The notes under the pieces were generated by a model. The model did not search any database. It saw only the letters and a list, made by a program, of their open reading frames with translations, and was not told the DNA's origin. The position numbers were made by a program, and so were the translations under genes. A DNA stretch of 64,000 nt, from positions 1-64,000 of the forward strand of contig CAWGSK010000004.1 in the NCBI GenBank assembly GCA_963825055.1, in the 5' to 3' direction. This DNA is from an uncultured Gemmatimonadales bacterium. Lineage in GTDB: Bacteria > Gemmatimonadota > Gemmatimonadetes > Gemmatimonadales > GWC2-71-9. Positions 9,798-21,458 of the stretch are shown here, one piece after another (the first letter of the stretch is position 1; each line of letters begins with the position of its first letter).

Positions 9798-9799
9798 GA

Positions 9800-11756
<1,957 letters not shown>

Positions 11757-11822
11757 GTATTGCAGGGGAGGGCGCTGTCTCTGAATCACGAGTCCCCAGT
11801 CACCGTTCCTAACGGAGGATGT

Positions 11823-12758
11823 ATGCAGCGACGGTTCCACGTTCCTTCACTTGTCCTTGGTGTCCTGTGCGTCGGTGCTGCGGCAGCGTGTGGGGGCTCC
11901 GCCGCTGACCGCAGCGCAGACACTGCGGACGCGGGGCCCGAGAGACTCGCCGTGGTCACGGGCTTCAGCGCTCCGGAGTCGGCCCTGTACGACGAGGATT
12001 CCGACAAGTGGTTCGTCTCGAACATCAACGGCAATCCCTCGGCGAAGGATGGGAACGGCTTCATCAGCCGCCTCAACGCCGACGGGCGGGTGGACGTCCT
12101 GCGATTCATCGAGAGCGGACGGAACGACGTGACCCTGAACGCCCCGAAGGGCATGGCGCTGGCAGGGGATACGCTCTGGGTCTCCGACATCGACGTCCTG
12201 CGCGCGTTCCACCGGGTCACCGGGCGACCACTGGCGACGATCAACCTCGGCGGCGTGTTCCTGAACGACGTCGCCGAGGGGGCCGACGGGACCATCTACG
12301 TCACCGATACGGGGATACACATCGATTCCACCGGGAGCCTGACTCGCCCCGGACCCGGCCGGCTCTGGGCCGTGGGGCCGGAGCGGAAAGGGAGCATCGT
12401 GCTGGAAGGCGACGCCCTGGAGGGCCCCAACGGAATCACGTGGGATCATCGCAACAACCGCCTCATCATCGTGCCGGACGGGGGCACCGACATCATGACG
12501 TGGAAGCCGGGCCAGACTGCCCCGATGTCCCTCGGAACCGGGCCCCTCGAGCAGGACGGGGTGGAGGTGCTGGACGACGGGCGGATTCTCTACTCCAGCT
12601 GGGCGGACAGCTCGCTGCACAGCTGGGAGCCTGATGCGCAGGAAACGGTGATCACCGGAATCGAGAGCCCGGCCGATTTCGGGATCGATCACGCCCGTCG
12701 GGTGCTGGCAATACCGTCGCTCATGGGGAACCGGGTCGAGCTGTGGCGACTGCCGTAG
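11823..12758 (+). CDS. SMP-30/gluconolactonase/LRE-like beta-propeller lipoprotein
   Basis: GGAGG RBS; lipobox AAAC; FSAPES, LNAPKGM, FLNDV, GPNGI. Confidence 0.8.
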   Translation: MQRRFHVPSLVLGVLCVGAAAACGGSAADRSADTADAGPERLAVVTGFSAPESALYDEDSDKWFVSNINGNPSAKDGNGFISRLNADGRVDVLRFIESGRNDVTLNAPKGMALAGDTLWVSDIDVLRAFHRVTGRPLATINLGGVFLNDVAEGADGTIYVTDTGIHIDSTGSLTRPGPGRLWAVGPERKGSIVLEGDALEGPNGITWDHRNNRLIIVPDGGTDIMTWKPGQTAPMSLGTGPLEQDGVEVLDDGRILYSSWADSSLHSWEPDAQETVITGIESPADFGIDHARRVLAIPSLMGNRVELWRLP

Positions 12759-12916
12759 GGGGCGGTGGATAGCGAATGGCGAATAGCTGATAGTGTTTAG
12801 TGAGTAGGGCTTTAGTGCGCGTTCCTGGCCGTGAAACACTACTCACTGCCTTCGTCAGGTCACTCCCGGGTCACGCAGGCCCTCCATGATGCTCCGTCAC
12901 CATCGACGGGGCATTC

Positions 12917-13735
12917 ATGTTTTCTGGTCAATTGGTCACACTGGCGCTCGTGATGGGGGTCGGGACGGCCGCCGGGCTGCACGTCGCCACCTGGGGCATG
13001 TTCAAGGACTGCCTGTTCGAGGGTTTCAGCTGGGGGAAGTACGCGCGGAGCGTCGTTCTTGCCCTCGTGCTGGCTCTGGTCGTCCAGCGCCTGAATCCCC
13101 TTCCCTTCAACGCCGCCGGGCTCCTGTTGCTCTTCGGCCTCACCTATGCGCTTGAACGTGGCGTCACCGAGTGGAGCAAGGGGTTCCTCCGCCGGGAGGA
13201 TCAGTCGAAGTACTTCATACCGATGCAGTTCGCCGTCCTCGGACGACCGGTCCGGAGCCCCGGACTTCGGCTCCTGGTCGGCCTCGGCTATGCCGTCGCC
13301 GTGATCTTCTCCGTGATTGCTGTCCGCAGACTCGGTACGACGTTTCATCAGGGTGCCTGGCTGGCAGGGTTGCTCGTGTCCGCCGCAGTCGCCGGCATCA
13401 GCGCGATCGGTGGAGCGTGGAAGGACGCGCCACTCGAGGGCTTCCAGTTCTGGAAGTTCTTCCGGAGCCCCGCCGTGGGTGGCGCCTGGGGCATCGTGCT
13501 TTCCCTCCTGAGTGGCGACCTGGTAGCCGTGTCATTCGGCGCCCTCGGGCTCACGATCGCCACGATCGAGACCTGGAAGAAATTCCATCAACCGTATTCC
13601 GCGCCCGGAAAGTTCTCCGGGAAGACTGTCCGTTTCCCGGAACTCGGCCGCTGGCGCCGGAGGTTCATACCGGTTCTGGTCTCGGTGTGGGGATTCGTGC
13701 TCGGTGCTGCCGCGCTGGCCCTTGCTGCATGGTAG
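12917..13735 (+). CDS. hypothetical polytopic membrane protein with internal duplication
   Basis: Many hydrophobic segments; repeated motif G-x-(F/W)KD-x3-EGF-x3-K(Y/F)-x-RS. Confidence 0.7.
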   Translation: MFSGQLVTLALVMGVGTAAGLHVATWGMFKDCLFEGFSWGKYARSVVLALVLALVVQRLNPLPFNAAGLLLLFGLTYALERGVTEWSKGFLRREDQSKYFIPMQFAVLGRPVRSPGLRLLVGLGYAVAVIFSVIAVRRLGTTFHQGAWLAGLLVSAAVAGISAIGGAWKDAPLEGFQFWKFFRSPAVGGAWGIVLSLLSGDLVAVSFGALGLTIATIETWKKFHQPYSAPGKFSGKTVRFPELGRWRRRFIPVLVSVWGFVLGAAALALAAW

Positions 13736-13920
13736 CGTGAGGTCAGCACCCCGATGCTGGCTTGGACCACAGGATCGTATAAATCATTGTATTAAATGAG
13801 TATATGGACTGACCGGGCGGCCAGTCAGGGCCGGTACTTGCGGCTGCTGCCGTGGGTCCTCCCCGGCGATGTTCCCGGTTCATCGCATTCACGGGAGTCG
13901 CAGGTTATGTTGGCCGCCTC

Positions 13921-14682
13921 ATGATGACCATCCTGGGCTACCTGCTCGCGATACTGATCGGGCTCTCCCTGGGCCTCCTGGGGGGTGGCGGATCCACCCT
14001 GACGGTGCCCGTCCTCCATTACGTCCTCCACTACGGCGTCAGGGAATCGGTGGCCATGAGCCTTCTCGTGGTGGGGCTCACCAGTCTCTTCGGGGTCTGG
14101 ACCCATCGACGCGCGGGCAACCTGAACTTCCGGGCCGCCCTGGCCTTCGGCCCGATGGCGATCGTGGGATCCCTCCTGGGCGCCGAGCTGGCGCTCCACG
14201 TGAGCGCCCTGTTTCAGCTCACCCTCTTTGGCGGGGTGATGCTGGTGGCCTCGGTGTCGATGTTCCTGGGCAGAAACCTCATTGCCCGGGCCTCGGAGAG
14301 GCCCCGCCGCCACGGGATCTGGTCCTGGCTGTTCATGGCCTTTCTGGGGGGTGCGGTCGGGGTCCTGACGGGTCTAGTGGGTGTGGGAGGGGGGTTCCTG
14401 TACGTCCCGGCGCTTGTGCTGGTGGGTGGGCTCAGCATGAAGGAGTCGGTCGGTACCAGCCTCCTGTTGATCATGCTGAGCTGCGCCGCGAGCTTCACCC
14501 ACTACCTGGGCAAGGTCCCCATGGACTGGACGATGATGGTCTGGTTCACCCTGCTGGCCTTTGCAGGCGTCACGGCCGGAACGGCCCTGGTGAAGCGGAT
14601 CTCCCAGGACGGCCTGCGGCGGGCGTTTGCGGTCTTCCTGTTCGTGATGGCGGTGGGAATCCTGGCGTTCGGGCGGTCGTGA
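13921..14682 (+). CDS. sulfite exporter TauE/SafE family protein
   Basis: LGLLGGGGSTLTVP and TGLVGVGGGFLYVP repeats; VGTSLL. Confidence 0.88.
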   Translation: MMTILGYLLAILIGLSLGLLGGGGSTLTVPVLHYVLHYGVRESVAMSLLVVGLTSLFGVWTHRRAGNLNFRAALAFGPMAIVGSLLGAELALHVSALFQLTLFGGVMLVASVSMFLGRNLIARASERPRRHGIWSWLFMAFLGGAVGVLTGLVGVGGGFLYVPALVLVGGLSMKESVGTSLLLIMLSCAASFTHYLGKVPMDWTMMVWFTLLAFAGVTAGTALVKRISQDGLRRAFAVFLFVMAVGILAFGRS

Positions 14683-14808
14683 CGGTCCGAAGGTGAGTTG
14701 CGGTCTGGATTCGGGCGGTCGGGGCAGTCTGAAGGGGAGTCACGGTCCGGAATCGGGCGGTCGGGGCGGTCCGAAAGGGAGCTTCGCTCTGGAATCGGGC
14801 GGTCATGG
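14683..14808. repeat. 3 x 42-bp tandem repeat
   Basis: Units at 14683, 14725 and 14767, each c(g/a)gtcyga...ggawtcgggcggtc... Confidence 0.8.
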
Positions 14809-14874
14809 CGGTCGAGGCGGTCGACCGTCCTGTCCGCCCTGTCCGTCTTGTCCGTCCCGCCCGCCTAGACCTCC

Positions 14875-14965
14875 CGCCATTTTGACCATCTTCCCTCCCG
14901 ACCTGACCGACCGCCCATCTTTTCGTTCCGCCAAAATGGCAAATTTCGCTGGCACATGGCCTGCG
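14875..14965 (+). promoter_or_regulatory. sigma-54 promoter with candidate upstream activator sites for hsp20
   Basis: TGGCAC-ATGGC-CTGC at 14950-14964; GCCATTTTGAC and GCCAAAATGGC upstream. Confidence 0.6.
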
Positions 14966-15040
14966 TTTTTTCTGCGGTGAGTTTCAGCCCGGCAGGGGGC
15001 CGGGTGAAGGAGCACACCGTAGCTGAAGGAGGCAGAAACC

Positions 15041-15490
15041 ATGCGTGTATCAGTTGCCCGCCGGAACTGGGATCCGGCCGATTTTGCGGGCCTGAGCCGG
15101 CTCAACCGGATGTTCGACGACCCGTTTGCGGGCCCCTGGGGCCAGGACCAGATGACCGGCTCGTGGGTGCCGGTCTGCGACATTTTCGAGGACGAAAACG
15201 GCCTCAAGCTGATCGCCGAGGTGCCGGGAGTGAGGGCCGAGGACGTGAAGATCTCGGTGGAGAACAACACCCTCACCATCCGGGGCGAGAAGAAGCAGGT
15301 GGCGGAGGAGAAGACGGAACGGGTGCACCGCTACGAGCGGTCCTACGGCAGTTTCGAGCGCGCCTTCGCGCTGCCGAGCACGGTCGACCCCGAGGGAATC
15401 GAGGCCGACTACCAGAACGGCCTGCTCACGGTTGTGATGCCGAAGGCCGAGCGAGCCAGGCCGAGAGAGATTCCGGTGAAGACGAAGTGA
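15041..15490 (+). CDS. Hsp20/alpha-crystallin small heat shock protein
   Basis: ERSYGSFERAFALP, ADYQNGLLTV; AAGGAGG RBS. Confidence 0.95.
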   Translation: MRVSVARRNWDPADFAGLSRLNRMFDDPFAGPWGQDQMTGSWVPVCDIFEDENGLKLIAEVPGVRAEDVKISVENNTLTIRGEKKQVAEEKTERVHRYERSYGSFERAFALPSTVDPEGIEADYQNGLLTVVMPKAERARPREIPVKTK

Positions 15491-15590
15491 GTAGTGAGTA
15501 GTGAGTAGTGAGTAGTGCTTCACGGAAGGTGCCGGTGCGGGAGATCGAAGCCCACCCTGAAACACTACTCACTAGTCACTAGTCACTAGT
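15486..15590. repeat. inverted heptamer arrays (AGTGAGT)n ... (CACTAGT)n between convergent genes
   Basis: agtgagt x4, then cactact cactagt cactagt cactagt. Confidence 0.75.
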
Positions 15591-15792
15591 CCAGCGTAAA
15601 TCCCACCTTCACTGTCACCTGCCAGTGGCTGACCGAGCCGTCCTCGAGATGCCCCCGGGTCTCCAGGACCTCGAACCAGCGCATGTTGCGCACCGTCTGC
15701 GAGGCACGGGTGATCGCCTTGGTGACGGCGTCCTCGATTCCGACCTTGGACGAGCCGACCAGTTCGAGCGTCTTGTAGACGTGATCCGACAT
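15586..15792 (-). CDS. dodecin (flavin-binding)
   Basis: [42 protein letters not shown]. Confidence 0.95.
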   Translation of the reverse strand: MSDHVYKTLELVGSSKVGIEDAVTKAITRASQTVRNMRWFEVLETRGHLEDGSVSHWQVTVKVGFTLD

Positions 15793-15815
15793 GGCTGTTC
15801 CTTCCTGATTCCGGG

Positions 15816-16643
15816 TTAGCGCACGTTGAGGGGGCGGTACCAGGAGACCCGGGCCCCGAACCAGATCTTCGTGTCCGCACCGTAGAGTGGGCAGGTGGGC
15901 CCGCCGCAGTCCGTGCGGCGGGTGATTTGGGTAGCGTCGTCGGTGCTGACCTGCAGATGCAGGGCGGGGCGGACGCTCAGGCCGGCGGTTCGCAGGGTGG
16001 TGGCCAGCGAAAAATCCAGGTGAGTGAGGCCGTCGGACGCGTAGCGCGACGCCCCGTTTCCTGTCGCCAGCCCTTCGGCGAATCCTGCGAGGACTCCCAG
16101 CTCGAGACTGACCCGCGGCGAGATGGGGACGGGTTGCATGAGGGCCCCTTCCGCGTAGAGCCCCCGATAATGGTCCATGTCCCAGTAGAGCGAGATCCGC
16201 GGGCGAAGCGGGAGCGCGAACTGGGTGCGGCCGTAGAGCTCAATGCTATTGAGGTCCGAAGTCCGCCCCGCTTCGTTCGGGTACTGATAGCCCGTGACAC
16301 CCCCGGTAACGCGGTGGCGGCCGACCGGCCCGCCGAGTTCCACCCACCAGTTCCACTCGGTCAGGTCTGGGCCAGCCAGGCCGCTTCCCTCGCTGATATC
16401 GGTGGCCCCGTCATACTGGCCGGGCTCGACGTTCGCCCAGACGCCGACTGAGGCGGCCGTGCCGCCGAAGGCCGTGGCGAGATAGGCGTCCGGCTGGATG
16501 ACAAGCCGGTTGGTGTAGGTAAGTCCGCGCCAGACGTAGTCGCTGTACAGGCCGACGTCGGCGCCGACGGCGATCTGGGCCTGCGCCCCTCGGGGGGCGA
16601 ATGCTGCGAGGACGAGACACAGGCTGACGCCAGGGGATTTCAT
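15816..16643 (-). CDS. TorF/Gcw_chp-like outer membrane beta-barrel
   Basis: Signal peptide; [10 protein letters not shown] and VIQP N-terminal motif; aromatic C-terminal strand. Confidence 0.65.
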   Translation of the reverse strand: MKSPGVSLCLVLAAFAPRGAQAQIAVGADVGLYSDYVWRGLTYTNRLVIQPDAYLATAFGGTAASVGVWANVEPGQYDGATDISEGSGLAGPDLTEWNWWVELGGPVGRHRVTGGVTGYQYPNEAGRTSDLNSIELYGRTQFALPLRPRISLYWDMDHYRGLYAEGALMQPVPISPRVSLELGVLAGFAEGLATGNGASRYASDGLTHLDFSLATTLRTAGLSVRPALHLQVSTDDATQITRRTDCGGPTCPLYGADTKIWFGARVSWYRPLNVR

Positions 16644-16671
16644 TGCGGTCCGGCCTCCAGCCGATACCTGA

Positions 16672-16732
16672 AAACCGCAGAGGCGCAGAGGACGCGGAGC
16701 GCTCCGCCGCGTGCTCTGCGTCTCTGCGGTTT
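16672..16732. repeat. nonamer-type inverted repeat hairpin (ACCGCAGAG family)
   Basis: AAACCGCAGAGGCGCAGAG ... CTCTGCGTCTCTGCGGTTT. Confidence 0.7.
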
Positions 16733-16766
16733 GTCGTTGAACGCCGAACGGATCAGGGACTCGCTC

Positions 16767-17417
16767 CTACATCTTGCTGACTTTCCAGCCGTCCACCCGG
16801 GCGTCCAGGTTGTGGTTGATCCGGAACCCGACGATGCCGTCCGTCGCGATCTCCGAGGCGGGGGCGGTGTAGACCTCGGTCCCGTTCACCATGAAGCGGA
16901 CCGTCTTGCCGTCCGCCGCGACGGCAAGCCGGTTCATCGTGTGCCCAGTGGTATCTGGTGCGGCCTTCACGGCGTCATTCGCCGTCCATTCCGGGATGAG
17001 CCGCGCGGTCTTGTCGCCGTCCCGCTTCACGACCAGGAACTTCCCGTCGCCCCGGATCAGGAAATAGGTGTAGGCCTGGCCGTCGCCCTGGAGATCCTTG
17101 CCGCCGACGATGATACCCAATCCCTCGGCATGGCGACCGGATGAGAACTGGTGGAACAGCCCGCTGGCCTCGAAGCCGCCGGAAACCGTCTCCGAGGCCT
17201 GGTACAGGATGATGGCCGGGCCCAGGGTGACGTGGAGGTTGCTGCCATCCATGGCAACCTTGACGTTCTCCATGGGGGCGCCGCGGTCGGTCCGGGCCAT
17301 CCAGCCGGTCGGGAGGGTTCCGCCGCCCGTGACTGCCTGGTCAGCGTCGTGCTGTTGTGCTGCGAGGGTGGTGGTGGCCGCGAGAAGGAGGGTGGCGGCC
17401 AGGGGTGCGATACGCAT
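16767..17417 (-). CDS. secreted beta-sandwich protein (DUF1080-like)
   Basis: Signal peptide MRIAPLAATLLLA; YTYFLIRGDGKFLV, RFMVNG, GIVGFRINH. Confidence 0.65.
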   Translation of the reverse strand: MRIAPLAATLLLAATTTLAAQQHDADQAVTGGGTLPTGWMARTDRGAPMENVKVAMDGSNLHVTLGPAIILYQASETVSGGFEASGLFHQFSSGRHAEGLGIIVGGKDLQGDGQAYTYFLIRGDGKFLVVKRDGDKTARLIPEWTANDAVKAAPDTTGHTMNRLAVAADGKTVRFMVNGTEVYTAPASEIATDGIVGFRINHNLDARVDGWKVSKM

Positions 17418-17536
17418 GGGAGTGACTCCGGCAAAAAAGGTGGAACGTCCCGCCAGGGCAGCGGTAACGATGGCTTGCCAAGGCCCTGCAGTGAAACTAA
17501 TGTACGCGCCTGCTGCGACTGACTTTCGGAGAGACG

Positions 17537-17713
17537 ATGGAAACATTGAAGATCTTCTTCGCCGGCCTTGGCGCGGCGGGAATCATCGGTGCGCTGCTGG
17601 GTGTCTCCCTGCTGATCGGGGCGATCGTGAACTCGATGATCGTGCTGTTCGCCGGCCCGCTCATCGATGGTCTTATCGCCCGCTGGGAAGCCCGGAAGCT
17701 CAAGGCGACCTGA
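17537..17713 (+). CDS. small membrane protein (58 aa), absent from ORF track
   Basis: METLKIFFAGLGAAGIIGALLGVSLLIGAIVNSMIVLFAGPLIDGLIARWEARKLKAT*; GGAGA RBS; fills the gap between two genes. Confidence 0.7.
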   Translation: METLKIFFAGLGAAGIIGALLGVSLLIGAIVNSMIVLFAGPLIDGLIARWEARKLKAT

Positions 17714-17718
17714 GAGCG

Positions 17719-18069
17719 TCACTCCCCGGGGTCGGTCTCCGGCGTGCTGGCCGCCTTCCGGGCCTGGGCCACGGCGTGCTTCAACGCCCCGATGCCATCC
17801 CGGAGCCCCCTGACCTTGACCTGCAGTCCTCCCCCCCGGCGCGACAGCATGGCCATCATGCTGGCCGCATCCGCTACCATCGGCAGTCCTGACGTCGCCG
17901 CGCCGCCCTTGAGTTGATCGAACAGCCGGGCGAGCTGGCGCGCCGCCCCCTCGGTCTCGCTGGGGGTGTTCATGCGCTCGATGAGCGACCAGGCCCGCTC
18001 AAGCTTGGGAGCTTCGGCGTCGAGGAAGGCGAGCCGGATCTGCTGCTGGGCGGAGAGCTTGGGGGCCAT
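17719..18069 (-). CDS. HPt-like helical protein lacking the phospho-His
   Basis: LFDQLKGGAATSGL resembles the HxLKGsa motif with Asp at the His position. Confidence 0.55.
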   Translation of the reverse strand: MAPKLSAQQQIRLAFLDAEAPKLERAWSLIERMNTPSETEGAARQLARLFDQLKGGAATSGLPMVADAASMMAMLSRRGGGLQVKVRGLRDGIGALKHAVAQARKAASTPETDPGE

Positions 18070-18377
18070 GATGGAGGATAACGGGAAAACGGGCAGGAGG
18101 GAGTAGGGAGTAGGGAGCAGGGAGTGGGAGAAGAGTGGGGGCGGGGTCCAGACCGTCCCGTCCGTCATGGCCGCCCTGACTCTTCTGCCCCCCAGCCGGG
18201 GAACCCGGCGCTGTCGAAAATGGTATGTATCAAACGTCATAGGGCAGGAAAGGGTGAAACCTCCGTCGTACCCGGCCGTACGACGGGCATGAATCCAGGG
18301 CAGGGCTCCGCCGTCGGCCGCGCGGGAGCCCGGCCCTTGTCTGTCCCGTACAGGCTACGGGGAACTGTGAGGCCCGC

Positions 18378-21300
18378 ATGAATCTGTCCGACCTGTCCAT
18401 ATCCCGGCCCGTGCTGGCGAGCATGATGAGCGCCGCGCTCGTGCTGTTCGGCGCCATCGGCTACACCCGGCTCTCAGTCCGCGAATTTCCCGACGTGGAC
18501 CCGCCGATCGTTTCGGTGACCACCACGCTCCGTGGGGCGAACCCGCGGGTCATGGAGTCCGCTGTCACGGACATCCTCGAAGAGGAACTCAGCACGGTCG
18601 AGGGCCTCCGGACCCTGACCAGCTCGAGTGGCGAGCAGGTCAGCAACATCACCCTGGAGTTCAACCTCGACCGGGACGTGGAGAGCGCCGCGCAGGATGT
18701 CCGGGACAAGGTGTCCCGGGTGCGCGGCCGGCTGCCTCAGGAGGTGATTGATCCGGTCGTCGCCAAGCAGGACGCGGACGCCAATCCGTTCCTCTGGCTG
18801 GCACTCTCGGGCGAGAACTACTCGCTGATCCAGCTGTCGGATATCGGCGACCGCATCGTGAAGCAGCGGCTCCAGACCATCGACGGTGTCGGCCAGGCCT
18901 TCATCGCCGGCGAACGCCGGTACTCGATGCGGGTCTGGCTCTCGCCGCGGGAGTTGTCGGCGCGCGGACTCACGGTCCAGGACGTCGAGAACGCCATCCG
19001 GAGCCGGAGCGTCGAGATTCCTGCCGGGCGGATCGAGTCGTCGAACCGCGAGTTCTCCGTCCGGTCACTGGGGGAGTTGAAGACGCCGGACGAGTTCGGC
19101 AACCTTACCGTCAGCACCGTCGGCGGGCAGCCGGTCAAGCTGCGGGACCTGGCCCGGGTGGAGCTTGGCGCCGAGGATGAGCGGAGCACGCTCCGCTTCA
19201 ACGGCACCTCGTCGGTCGCGGTGGGTATCGTCCGCCAGTCCAAGGCGAACCTGATCGAGGTGGCCGACGCCATCCGGGCGGAGCTGCCGAACATCGAGCA
19301 AGCGCTCCCGCCAGGCGTGCACCTGAACGTCGGCTTTGACCAGTCGGTCTTCGTGAAGCGGTCCATCGATGAAGCCAAGGAGACGTTGATCCTGGCCGCG
19401 ATCCTCGTGATCGTGATCATCTTCGTCTTCCTGCGGAACCTGCGCGCGACCATCATCCCGGGCCTGGCCATTCCCGCGTCGATCGTCACGACGTTCATGG
19501 TGCTGTACGTCCTGGGGTTCTCGATCAACAACTTCACACTGCTGGCCCTGATCCTCGCCATCGGCATCGTGGTGGACGACGCGATCATCGTCCTGGAGAA
19601 CGCCTACCGGCACCAGGAGGAGCTGGGGGAGGATCCCGAGACGGCCGCCCACGAAGGCACCCGGGAGATCATCACGGCCGTCATCGCCACGACCATCGCA
19701 CTCGTTGCGGTGTTCGCCCCGCTTGCCTTCCTGACCGGGACAACCGGACGGCTGTTCAACGAGTTCGGCATCGCGCTGGCGGGCGCCGTGGTGATCTCGA
19801 GCTTCGTGGCCCTCACCCTGACGCCGATGCTGTGCGCCAAGATTCTGCGCGTGCCGAAGTCGCACGGGCGGGTCTACAGGGTACTGGAGCGGGGCTTTGA
19901 TGCACTGGCTGTCCACTACAGCCGCGGGCTGGCCGCGGCCATCCGGCACCGCTGGTTCGTGGTCGGGGCGGCCGTGGCCACCATCGGGGTGGCCGTAGTG
20001 ACGTTCAACTCGCTCAAGCGCGAGTTCGTCCCCCAGGAGGACCGCGGGTGGTTCCTCGGCATCACCATCGCGCCCGAGGGATCGACGGTGCAGTACACCG
20101 ACCAGTACCAGCGGCAGGTCGAGCGGATCCTGGACAAGACACCGGAAGTGTCGACGTACTTCAGCGTCGTGGGGTTCAGCGCGGTGAACCAGGGCATCCT
20201 GTTCGTCCGCCTCAAGGACTGGAAGGAGCGGGACCGCTCGGTCGAGGAGGTGATCGCCGGACTCCAGCCGCAGTTCTTCGGCATTCCCGGCGTGTTTGCC
20301 TTTGCCAACAACCCGCCGGCGATCGGGTTCCAGAGCCCGGTGCAGTTCGTGGTCCGGAACCCGGACTTCGACTCGCTGACGTTTGCGCTCGATACGTTTG
20401 TTACGCGCGCCCGGCAGATCCCCGGCCTGGTCAACATCCAGACCGACCTCCGGGTCAACAAACCGGAACTGACCGTTCGCTACGACCGGGACCGGATGGA
20501 GGACCTCGGCGTCCCGGTCCGGGATGTGGGCGCCACCCTCGAGACGATGCTTGGCGGCCGGCGGACGAGCACGTTCACCCGGGACAACAAGCTGTACGAC
20601 GTGATCGTCCAGATGGACCCGAAGGACCGGGCCACGCCGAGTGACATGAGCGACCTCTACGTGCGGGGGCAGGGCGGGGAGCTGGTGCAGCTGGATGCCG
20701 TGGCCCATGTGAACGAAGGCGTGGGCCCGACCCGGTTGCTCCACTTCAACCGGGTGCGCTCCTTCACCCTGAGCGGCAACCTGGCGCCCGGCTTCGTGCT
20801 GGGCGAGGCGATCGATTCACTCAACGCCCTGGCTGCTGAGGTACTGCCGAAGGGCAGTACGGTGGCACTGGCCGGTGAGTCCCGTGAACTGGACGAGAGT
20901 GGTACGGCGCTGTACTTCGCGTTCGTCCTGGCGCTTGTCGTGGTGTACATGGTCCTGGCGGCGCAATTCGAATCACTTGTCCACCCGATGACGGTGCTCA
21001 TGGCGGTGCCGCTCGCGGTGACCGGAGCCCTGGTGAGCCTCTGGATCGCCGGCTCCACGCTCAATCTGTACAGCCAGATCGGGATGATCCTGCTGATCGG
21101 GCTGGCCACCAAGAACTCCATCCTGCTGGTGGAGTACGCCAACCAGCTGAAGGCCAGGGGCCTCGATACGGTGGCGGCGGTGGTGGAAGCAGGCCGGATC
21201 CGGCTGCGCCCGATCCTGATGACCTCGGTGGCCACGATCATGGGCGCCATGCCGATCGCCCTGGGCCTCGGCGCCGGCTCAGCCAGCCGCCAGCCCCTGG

Positions 21301-21458
21301 GCTACGCGATCGTGGGCGGCGTGACGGTGTCCACGGTCCTGACCCTGTTCCTCGTTCCGGTGGTCTATGTGATCTTTGATGCCCTGCTGGCCCGCTTGCC
21401 CCGGCGCGCGCGGCAACTCGATCCGTCACCAGCGCCCCGCGCCCCGGAGGCCTCGTGA
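18378..21458 (+). CDS. RND efflux transporter permease (AcrB/MexW-like)
   Basis: 1026 aa; GIVVDDAIIVLEN, GLATKNSILLVE, RLRPILMTS. Confidence 0.96.
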   Translation: MNLSDLSISRPVLASMMSAALVLFGAIGYTRLSVREFPDVDPPIVSVTTTLRGANPRVMESAVTDILEEELSTVEGLRTLTSSSGEQVSNITLEFNLDRDVESAAQDVRDKVSRVRGRLPQEVIDPVVAKQDADANPFLWLALSGENYSLIQLSDIGDRIVKQRLQTIDGVGQAFIAGERRYSMRVWLSPRELSARGLTVQDVENAIRSRSVEIPAGRIESSNREFSVRSLGELKTPDEFGNLTVSTVGGQPVKLRDLARVELGAEDERSTLRFNGTSSVAVGIVRQSKANLIEVADAIRAELPNIEQALPPGVHLNVGFDQSVFVKRSIDEAKETLILAAILVIVIIFVFLRNLRATIIPGLAIPASIVTTFMVLYVLGFSINNFTLLALILAIGIVVDDAIIVLENAYRHQEELGEDPETAAHEGTREIITAVIATTIALVAVFAPLAFLTGTTGRLFNEFGIALAGAVVISSFVALTLTPMLCAKILRVPKSHGRVYRVLERGFDALAVHYSRGLAAAIRHRWFVVGAAVATIGVAVVTFNSLKREFVPQEDRGWFLGITIAPEGSTVQYTDQYQRQVERILDKTPEVSTYFSVVGFSAVNQGILFVRLKDWKERDRSVEEVIAGLQPQFFGIPGVFAFANNPPAIGFQSPVQFVVRNPDFDSLTFALDTFVTRARQIPGLVNIQTDLRVNKPELTVRYDRDRMEDLGVPVRDVGATLETMLGGRRTSTFTRDNKLYDVIVQMDPKDRATPSDMSDLYVRGQGGELVQLDAVAHVNEGVGPTRLLHFNRVRSFTLSGNLAPGFVLGEAIDSLNALAAEVLPKGSTVALAGESRELDESGTALYFAFVLALVVVYMVLAAQFESLVHPMTVLMAVPLAVTGALVSLWIAGSTLNLYSQIGMILLIGLATKNSILLVEYANQLKARGLDTVAAVVEAGRIRLRPILMTSVATIMGAMPIALGLGAGSASRQPLGYAIVGGVTVSTVLTLFLVPVVYVIFDALLARLPRRARQLDPSPAPRAPEAS

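Noticed and set aside
13775..13808. Short AT-rich patch as a Xer or integrase site
   Set aside because: Resembles at most an IHF-like or promoter element; no arm symmetry
14683..14808. CRISPR array
   Set aside because: Contiguous tandem units without unique spacers; no cas genes
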